A DNA stretch of 61,504 nt, counting the filler, from Hausera hauseri (Eukaryota): assembly GCA_046269625.1 (NCBI GenBank). It is 8 parts of 8 records of this genome, joined end to end, with 100 filler letters (N's around TTAATTAATTAA, not from the genome) between each part and the next. Parts side by side here need not be neighbours in the genome. Positions count along the whole stretch, not along the records: positions 51,997 to 56,026 come from JBJURY010807643.1; positions 56,127 to 61,504 come from JBJURY010267175.1; 6 more parts are not named here. One strand, given 5' to 3'. Shown here one piece after another: positions 54,490 through 61,504 of the stretch. Made by a program: the position numbers and the translations under genes. Numbering within the stretch: position 1 is the first letter of the stretch; every line of letters begins with the position of its first letter. Under the pieces are notes generated by a model. It had not been told where the DNA came from and did not search any database. It worked only from the letters and a program-made list of their open reading frames with translations.

Positions 54490-54790
54490 GGATTTTGTTG
54501 AGATCTTCAATCAGCCTCCCACAGTTCTCTCTGGTCGTTCTTTAGCAGGTAAGTCAAAATTCATCATTTGGCACTTGTTCCAATACCCCACCTCCATGAA
54601 TTTTGAGCCTCTAATTCCTCAAACTCCTTCGAATCATTTCCAATCGATGTTATTCAATTGCTAATGTGTCATGGATGAAAGATTTTGTTGAGATCTTCAA
54701 TCAGCCTCACACAGTTCTCTCTAGTCGTTCTTTGGCACTTGTTCAAATACCCCACCACCTTGAATTTTGGGCCTCTAATTTGTCATGGAT
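54490..54790. repeat. Imperfect ~190-bp-period direct duplication
   Basis: gattttgttgagatcttcaatcagcctc..cagttctctct at 54491 and 54681; the second copy has internal deletions. Confidence 0.85.
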
Positions 54791-55299
54791 GAACTAACGA
54801 ATATTCGTCTGATATTCCGTCCAAAATTTCTTCAATTTGTATAAATTATGGACTGAATATTTTTTCGTTCACGAGAACATCAATGGCAATTGAAAATAAC
54901 AATAGAAATGATCGATTTGAAATTTGACCAAATCTCAAAAATCACAAAGGTGGGATATTTGAACAAGTGCCGAATATTTATATTTTGGCCGTTTTAACAC
55001 ATCGCTGACCGATCACGAAGTAATTCGGGTATGAACAGTCCAAAATTCATTTACCAATTGTTTCGCGAACGTATTTAATTGTTACTGTGTCATCAAACAA
55101 AAAATATTTAACGCAGAATCCAGTATTCAAACGTCCGTATGCTACAGAATTTAAAAAAGAAATTGTCACAAAATTCATAATAAGCCACAGAATCTTTCCA
55201 TTTAAGTTTAACAAAATAATTAAAATCAAAAAGACAATTGACCAAATTAATTTACATAGATAAATTATACGAAAGAATAAACAGAAAATCAAATCTTAC

Positions 55300-55875
55300 T
55301 TTGTTTCTCGTACAGTCCAATACCCTCATTGTCAATAAACTGACCAACGTAATCGTCGATTTTATCATACAAGTTGTCAATGAAATTCTCATAATCCTTG
55401 TCACCCGCAAATTTACACTCGGCCGATTTCACCCAAAGACTGAACGAACTTGTAGCAATTCCTTGTGCATTGCGACAAATCAACGCGATTAATTGACGGA
55501 ATCCGTCGGGAGTAAACCAGTGACCGATGAGATCATTTCGCAAATTGTGATAGAACAAATCGAACATACCCGACAAATACGCGTCGTTTTCACGGATGAT
55601 TTTCAATACGAGTGGTCCCTCCTTGGGTGACTGACAGAAACGATTGAACAAATCAATGAGCGGCTGTTTGTCAGTTGCTTGACAAATCATGGCGACAATT
55701 TTGACCAGAATCATGATATTTGATGTTTCTGGTGGATAATGAATGTTGTTCCACATTCCCTCAAATGCCTCTGTGAATTCAGGAGAAATCAACCCACTTG
55801 ATGGGCACATAACTTTGTGGTACGTGTTGAAAGCAGCAGTTCTACAGGAATCACTGCAGTACATTTCACTGCAGC
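55300..55875 (-). CDS. SMYD5: SET and MYND domain protein 5, internal exon
   Basis: Acceptor ttttttgcacAG| at 55876 and donor |GTAAGA at 55299; motifs YCSDSCR..AF..YHKVMC, HYPPET, WFTPDGFRQL, NAQGIATSSFSLWV, NEGIGLY. Confidence 0.85.
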
Positions 55876-56126
55876 CTGTGCAAAAAACAATTAACACGAG
55901 GTCAACTAATCTAATTAATGATGTCACTAATAAATAAAAGGATTTATTTAAAGTAATACTCCCCGATTGCAGTAGTTGTTATAAACAGCAGACATGATCT
56001 GTTTCTTTAGCTGAACGTGTTCCTGANNNNNNNNNNNNNNNNNNNNNNNNNNNNNNNNNNNNNNNNNNNNTTAATTAATTAANNNNNNNNNNNNNNNNNN
56101 NNNNNNNNNNNNNNNNNNNNNNNNNN

Positions 56127-56290
56127 ATAGTATATTCCACTGTTCTCACGTATTGTTATTGGTGAAAATGTAAATGTGAATTCCGCCAAAGCCACTTCCC
56201 AGGCTCCATGGCGTAATTCGAGTGGCTGGTCCATGGTAAACCGTTCAGCGATATTGTTGTTGTCATCATGTTGTGATAATCTGTTAATAC
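56127..56290 (-). pseudogene. Polinton minor capsid (penton/PX-like) N-terminus
   Basis: DDNNNIAERFTMDQPLELRHGAWEVALAEFTF resembles the N..s.F...L..Pl.L.g.WEVAL.Ei N-terminal motif; truncated by the gap. Confidence 0.65.
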
Positions 56291-56304
56291 CAAATAAGTG
56301 CTGA

Positions 56305-57220
56305 TCACTCAATCTGCGATGCAAATATCCAACTCGGTGTAATGTATCCGTGCCACATGACAAGATATTGTTTATTCGAACCTTTGCCTTGTGAACGTAG
56401 AATTTCCTGAATACGATACACATCAGGTTTTTCCGGTAGTACTTGCAGTTCCTGGTCGTAAAATTTACCACGTATTTTGTCGCCATTTTCATCTTCTAAA
56501 ACGTACATAACAGGTGCTTGTTTTGTGTTAATTGATGAAATGCGGAAAACCTCATCGCTCCAGTTATGATTGAAATTCTTAATGAATGGTGTCGTACTCA
56601 GATTTGAAATATGTACATAATAAGCGATTTTATACTTGGGACGACGTCGTCGTTGTTGTGTTCGGTTTTGATAAAACCACATGTCCAAATCATTGGTTAT
56701 ATTAACCGGTTGTAATCCCTTGATGCCACGATGTGTTGAATGGTTGTATGCATGAATAATATCCGGTAGTACATCTACCCAACGTTTATTGCCGTTTCGT
56801 TAAGAATTTGGTTAGTCGACCGCGTAATGTTCGACTAAATCGTTCAACGAGTGCAGCCTTCTATTGGGAAAACACCGAGTAGTGGTTTATGCCGAACCGC
56901 CTTAAAACGAATGCGACATGGGAGTTGTAAAATTCCTTGCCCAAATCCGTTTGTAAATGTTTCGGTGGTTGGTCTATTAATATGTGAACGGCGTCGGCAA
57001 TCTCTTTACCGGATTTGGGTTTAACGGCAATTTTACGTGCAAAACGACTAAACACATTAATACACGTCAGCATGTACCTATTCCCATCGTTGATGCTGGC
57101 GTACGGATTCATTTACAACAGATCCATTTGCCATACATTATTTACGCCTGCAGCACGGTATGCACGAGTTGGAAACCGTTTTCTTATCGGCTTGTGAAGG
57201 CTGTATGCCAACTGTTTCCC
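56305..57220 (-). pseudogene. Polinton retroviral-like integrase with C-terminal chromodomain, degenerate
   Basis: LHKPIRKRFP, VWQMDL, LQTDLGKEF, KAALVERF (DDE), NWSDEVF, GKFYDQELQ, chromodomain VYRIQEIL...YLVMWHGY..SWI. Confidence 0.9.
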
Positions 57221-57875
57221 CAACCAACGTTGAGTTTGTCGCCGAATCTGTTTGACAATCTTTTCCAGTTTGTCGCGCCAGTATACCCGACGGGATAACG
57301 CGGGTCGAACTACACGTCGCCCATCGGTGTCGTCGATGGTGTCGCGCAATGTTTGATTAAATCGTTCAACGAGTGCAGCCTTGTATTGGGAAAACACCGA
57401 GTAGTGGTTTACGCCGAACCGTTTCAAGACCGTTGCAACGTGGGCCTTGTATAATTCCTTACCAAAATCCATTTGTAAATGATTCGTTTGTAAATGTTGT
57501 TGTTGTATCAGTGTCTGAACACCGTCGGCAATCTCTTTACCGGATTGAGATTTCATGCCAATTTCACGTGCAAAGCAACTAAACACATCAACGCATGTCA
57601 GCACGTATCGATACCCATCGTTGATGCTGGGGTACGGAATCATTTCCATCAGATCCATTTTCCATACACTATTTACACCGGCAGCATGGTATGCACGAGT
57701 TGAAAACAGTCTTATCGGTTTGTTTAGGGTGTATGCTAACTGTTTCCCGAGCCAACGTTGGGTCTGTTGCCGAGCTTGTTTGACAGTCTTTGCCAGTTTG
57801 TCGACGCCAGTATACGCGACGGGATGACGCGAGTCGAACTACACGTCGCCCATCGTTGTCGTCGATGATGTCGTT
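56830..57875. repeat. Diverged ~525-bp tandem duplication of the integrase 5' half
   Basis: Matching anchors at 56838/57359, 57119/57650 and 57304/57833. Confidence 0.9.
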
Positions 57876-57997
57876 TTTGTTGGCATTGCAGCAATTAGAA
57901 CGAAACGTAAATAAAAGATTCGGTAAACTGGGACAAAATGATGAAAACCATGCACCCATATCGCCGAATCATCATATACTTACCGTCATTGTTTATA

Positions 57998-58330
57998 CTA
58001 TGCTGCCGAACCAATGAGTCCACCCGGTAATGACGTGACAACCGGTAGAATTGCACCAAGGAATCCTCCGTCTTGCTGGTACATGACCTCTCGTTTCAGT
58101 CGTTTACTGCGGGCGTTGGCAAGGCCAGTGTGTCGTTTTCGATACTTTAGTAAATTCCGCTTTCCACTACCAATGTCAGCGTGACCCACAACGATATTAT
58201 ATAAAATTTCCATCACGTCGTCTACTACAAATTGCGGGAATGATCGCAGCATGTTTGGCTTATGTTTCGTAGGTGCCTTGACAAAAGCAATAAAGTACGG
58301 CTGACTACGTTTGAATCGTATTTTTTGGAC
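57998..58330 (-). CDS. Polinton small virion protein with C-terminal GG|F amphipathic segment (adenovirus pX/pVI-like)
   Basis: ...MEILYNIV.G...QQDGGFLGAILPVVTSL; the start is uncertain (track start 58252). Confidence 0.65.
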   Translation of the reverse strand, partial: VQKIRFKRSQPYFIAFVKAPTKHKPNMLRSFPQFVVDDVMEILYNIVVGHADIGSGKRNLLKYRKRHTGLANARSKRLKREVMYQQDGGFLGAILPVVTSLPGGLIGSAA

Positions 58331-58357
58331 GTATTGATGCTGATGAGACGTAGTTGT

Positions 58358-58522
58358 TTATAACCGTTGCCACTGTGACGGTAGTTTGCGTATAACTGTT
58401 GTTCGAAGCATAGAATTGATTGATCGCTTGACTGCAGCTGTTCGTAATGATACATGTTTCATGCCACCGGACACTCGCTTGGTAGGTTTACGTTTAACAA
58501 TTGTTTTTCGGAAATTCTTCAT
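58358..58522 (-). CDS. Small basic core-like peptide (54 aa)
   Basis: MKNFRKTIVKRKPTKRVSGGMKHVSLR...QWQRL*; the ATG overlaps the ATPase stop (ATGA); contains an xxGG|x site. Confidence 0.45.
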   Translation of the reverse strand: MKNFRKTIVKRKPTKRVSGGMKHVSLRTAAVKRSINSMLRTTVIRKLPSQWQRL

Positions 58523-59355
58523 TTTATCACAATCATGTTTGTCGATTTTTGAATTTGTTTATAGACATGTACACCTTTCTGATTGAAAATATCTCTTCGT
58601 ACACGCATATCATTGGGATACTGTTGCGTAAAATCAATGAACAAGTATCCGTGCGGCTCGGTCGTAGCATCATAATATGCATATATTAAGTAGTTCAGCT
58701 GTGAGGAAATGCTTATTGTGCAACATAATCAGTGATATTCTGTGTTGGCCGCGGACGTATCCACCCCGTCCACATCAGTTGTATAAAATTTTATTCTTTT
58801 AAAATATTTATTTTGAAACAAATTTTCCAAAATTCCAAAGTTAAATTATACTTTTAATATTACATTTTGAAATTAAATTTTTAAAATTTAAAAATGTTTC
58901 TAATTTAAATTTAGAATTTCGGTTCTTTATTGTATCCTCACAGTCTGATCACGGGGATTTTTGAACAGCACCAAATAGTGTATGTTTAGATTTCTTGTTC
59001 GATGCTGTCCGCTCTGATGGAACATGTTTTGTGTAATGAAAATAACCGTTACACCACGGTATCGTGCAATCTTCGAGAACAGGTTGTTGAATTTCGATTG
59101 TTTCGCAGCTTCCTGAAATAAATCGTCAATGACAATAGCGTCACCGTTGCGTAATCTCTCAGACCAGTTTTCATCAAACCCATCTATTACCGTTATCGAT
59201 TTTAATTCAAAAATTCCCGATGCCAGTATATGTGATAGTACCGCGGTGAATGGAACATGTCACGGTAGTTCTGAAATAGTTTACACACAAAGTGCATTTT
59301 GCCACTTCCACTGTGGCCTACAATCTGGAAAATGGCATCATTCTGAAGCTTTATC
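58519..59355 (-). pseudogene. A32/FtsK-like genome-packaging ATPase, interrupted by a solo LTR
   Basis: Walker A IVGHSGSGKM, Walker B IVIDD, VIFITQNMF, YLVLFKNPRD, then after the insertion AYYDATTEPHGYLFIDF..RVRRDIF; frameshifted and absent from the ORF track. Confidence 0.88.
58743..58942 (-). mobile_element. Solo LTR (~200 bp), related to 37621-37935
   Basis: Minus strand TGTGAGGATACAAT...GGCCAACA; flanks TTCTG/GTCTG (4/5 TSD match); splits the ATPase right after NPRD. Confidence 0.75.
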
Positions 59356-59444
59356 TAAATAATAATAATAACATGATTTGTTTATAATCGTGTTACACAC
59401 ACACACATATATATATATAGCTATAGTATAAAACTGTTTCCATA

Positions 59445-59900
59445 ATGTTAGCTAATATCAACTATCGCGGACATGTTACCCAGTGTGATATTAACACACT
59501 ACCTTTTAATCAATGGAAGCCGAGGCAGTATATCTTCAAGTGTTCACCGGATTTTACATGAATCGTATTTCAATCGGGAAAGTGTCGTATTATGGGTTGT
59601 CACAAACCAATTACAGCTGATAAACTACTACCATTCGGAATTGTCATTCACAAAATCGAATCAATAACGGTAAAGACTCAGTTAGACTACCACCAAACAA
59701 TCAATCTGTACAAATTAACAATGGTCACTGAATGTACGAATAAACACGAACTGTTTCCTGCACTTAGACTGACATTGTTTGCCCACTCTGTGTCAATGTG
59801 TTTAGCAGTGGAAAAATTGTTGTACTCGGTATTCGGACAGTGGACTATGAACCGATTATTAATCAAATTAAAAATTACACAAATGTTTTAGTGAATCAAA
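59445..59900 (+). pseudogene. TATA-box-binding-protein (TBP)-like gene, both repeats, with one stop and one frameshift
   Basis: Repeat 1: MLANINYRG...FT*IVFQSGKCRIMGC. Repeat 2: IESITV..INLYKL..HELFPALRL..[frameshift ~59785]..LCVNVFSSGKIVVLG. Compare TBP 'LIFSSGKMVCTG', 'YEPELFPGLIY' and 'LIFVSGKVVLTG'. Confidence 0.8.
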
Positions 59901-59968
59901 ATAATGTATATTGCACAACAACAACAAACTATAAATACCATTCTTATGCCCATTCAGACATTACTGCC

Positions 59969-60151
59969 ATGGAAGACGACGAGAACGACAAAACGATTCT
60001 ACTCAATGATGCCAATGATAAAAGTTTAGATTGGCCAAAATTGTTTGGCTGCAAAAAGGACAATTCTAATTCCAAATTTCGGGAAACGAAAACAGAAACT
60101 GTCCAACAATTAGAAAAACAAAAAATTGCTCAGAAAGCAGCAGCAACAGCA

Positions 60152-60184
<33 letters not shown>

Positions 60185-60588
60185 GTAGCAGCAGCAGCAG
60201 TAGCAGCAGTAGCAGCAGCAGCTGCAAAACCGACGTTAAAAAGACAAAATGCAATGATTGGGATACGTAAACGAAAATCAAAACTGTCGGCGTCGCACCA
60301 AACACAGATACTTTTTACCAAAACGAATTTTTGAAAGTACGAAATGCATTTTCTGCAAACGCCCGTACTGATTTTATTGAATGATCCCGTGTCTATATAT
60401 ATGCACCCAAGTACAACTATCGTGTAAAACGGCTTTCGGGTGAAAATTTGGATAAACTTTCTGACGCTCTACATCAATTAAATGCGGATTTAAAGTTAGA
60501 CAAAACAATCATGCAACAGCAGAAAACGAAACTGTTTAATCTTATCCGTCGCAAAATGTCTCATCTGCTCAATGGCGATGATGGTTAA
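59969..60588 (+). CDS. Orphan Polinton accessory gene with (GCA)n poly-Ala tract, probably disrupted in its 3' half
   Basis: ctataaata ~35 nt upstream, GCCATGG start, MEDDENDK...poly-Ala...LKRQNA; the frame stops at 60334 and coding-like sequence resumes in another frame to 60588. Confidence 0.45.
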
Positions 60589-60785
60589 AAGTGTCGACTG
60601 AATATTGAGTTACAAGGATACAAGGAAAAAGCCGGTATAAAAAGCCCGATTTGGCGTGTAGCTGAAGCACATTTTAATTATCAATACATTTTGTTGTTTT
60701 ACAGTTCTTCTTCTTCTTCTTCTTTCATTAATCCAATTAACGAGTATAAATATACGTGTAATTTTAAAAAATAGGCATAAGAATA

Positions 60786-61316
60786 ATGATAATGAATGAC
60801 ATAAAGATTATATTAACAGACGAAAATGTCTTTGTATCGAGACGTGTTACATCAAACAGTACAGGCTACGATGTGTTTTCCAATATCAATACGACAGTTG
60901 CAGACAGCACAATCAAATGCATAACGACTGGGATTCGATTGGCGATTTCACCCGGTTACTACGGTCAACTTTTATCGAAAAGCGGACTGGCAAAGCTCGG
61001 ACTGACAGTTGTGGGCGGCGTCATTGACTCCGATTTTCGTGGTGAAATTAAGGTTTTGGTGGAAAACCAATCCAGGGAACCGTATGCTTTTCCCAAAGGC
61101 AGTGCAATCGCACAAATCGTTTTTCTTCTCTGTGAAGAGGTGGAATTCAATGTAATGTCACCGAAACGATGGGGACTGTTTTGCGTTGATGAATCGACAC
61201 GAAATGAACGCAAAGAATTTGGCTTTGGTGAATATGGACAAAACCACCTATGTTTAATTTGTTATATTAGTTATTTTGCTTGTGTTATAAACAAAAATGA
61301 TTTTATACATAAGTAA
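60786..61316 (+). CDS. DUT: Trimeric dUTPase
   Basis: Motif 1 STGYDV, motif 2 GQLLSKSGLA, motif 3 GGVIDSDFRGEIKV, motif 4 AIAQIV, degenerate motif 5 TRNERKEFGFG; intronless; TATA ggtataaaaag at ~60634. Confidence 0.92.
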   Translation: MIMNDIKIILTDENVFVSRRVTSNSTGYDVFSNINTTVADSTIKCITTGIRLAISPGYYGQLLSKSGLAKLGLTVVGGVIDSDFRGEIKVLVENQSREPYAFPKGSAIAQIVFLLCEEVEFNVMSPKRWGLFCVDESTRNERKEFGFGEYGQNHLCLICYISYFACVINKNDFIHK

Positions 61317-61360
61317 TGGCGACAGGATTTTTAGATATTGAAGCTTTCCAAGATGGTAAT

Positions 61361-61390
61361 GCCCGCTATATAATAAAGGACGTCAGTAAC
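61361..61390 (+). promoter_or_regulatory. TATA box plus initiator-like TCAGT upstream of an ORF starting at ~61464 (runs off the window)
   Basis: gcccgcTATATAATAAAGgacgTCAGT. Confidence 0.45.
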
Positions 61391-61504
61391 ATTTTCAAAC
61401 CGCTTCTGTACATATTCAAGCCCGGATTGTGGAAAGACCTGACGGAAAAAGCGAAAATTACAAATGGATTTCTCTTTCGACATCGTCATGGACTTCATTG
61501 GTAT

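Larger units (their letters stand above)
56127..61504. mobile_element. Maverick/Polinton (adintovirus-like) endogenous viral element, partial
   Basis: Clustered penton-like gene, retroviral-type integrase, GG|F small proteins and A32-like ATPase on the minus strand; accessory genes on the plus strand. No TIRs within the contig. Confidence 0.88.

Noticed and set aside
55960-56026. Upstream SMYD5 exon
   Set aside because: The candidate donor does not give the correct phase with the 55875 acceptor.
27200-56082. TTAATTAATTAA as a biological repeat, PacI site or CRISPR-like repeat
   Set aside because: Always centred in exactly 100-nt N gaps, so it is an assembly linker.
59798-60334. Single 178-aa TBP-repeat/poly-Ala fusion protein
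   Set aside because: An internal TATA and GCCATGG at 59969 suggest two genes; read-through probably reflects a lost stop, though a fusion is not fully excluded.

Overview
This is eukaryotic animal DNA, probably from an invertebrate, and not one contiguous locus. From 27.2 kb on, about eight unrelated ~5-kb contigs are joined by artificial N44-TTAATTAATTAA-N44 linkers. The first 27 kb is a gappy scaffold dominated by microsatellites ((TCAC)n, (GAA)n, (ACTACG)n and a ~9-kb (AACG)n array), whose long ORFs are artefacts. It holds two real genes: a 5.4-kb uninterrupted outer-arm dynein heavy chain segment and an intronless DEG/ENaC channel. The later contigs are mostly decayed mobile elements (RNase H-bearing LINE, solo LTRs, Ty3/gypsy, mariner, hAT/Buster, several Maverick/Polinton pPolB fragments) plus a SMYD5 exon; an RTE LINE fragment lies in the first scaffold. 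The most interesting region is the last contig (56127-61504), a Maverick/Polinton (adintovirus-like) virion module. It contains a penton N-terminus, chromodomain integrase, GG|F-type core proteins and a packaging ATPase, and faces a divergent cassette encoding a two-repeat TATA-binding-protein homologue (not visible as one ORF in the track), an orphan gene and a dUTPase, each preceded by a TATA-like sequence. Other notable items are an intronless GPCR inside a gypsy pol gene and a putative LTR containing a small basic ORF. All calls come from manual motif recognition; no searches were run.
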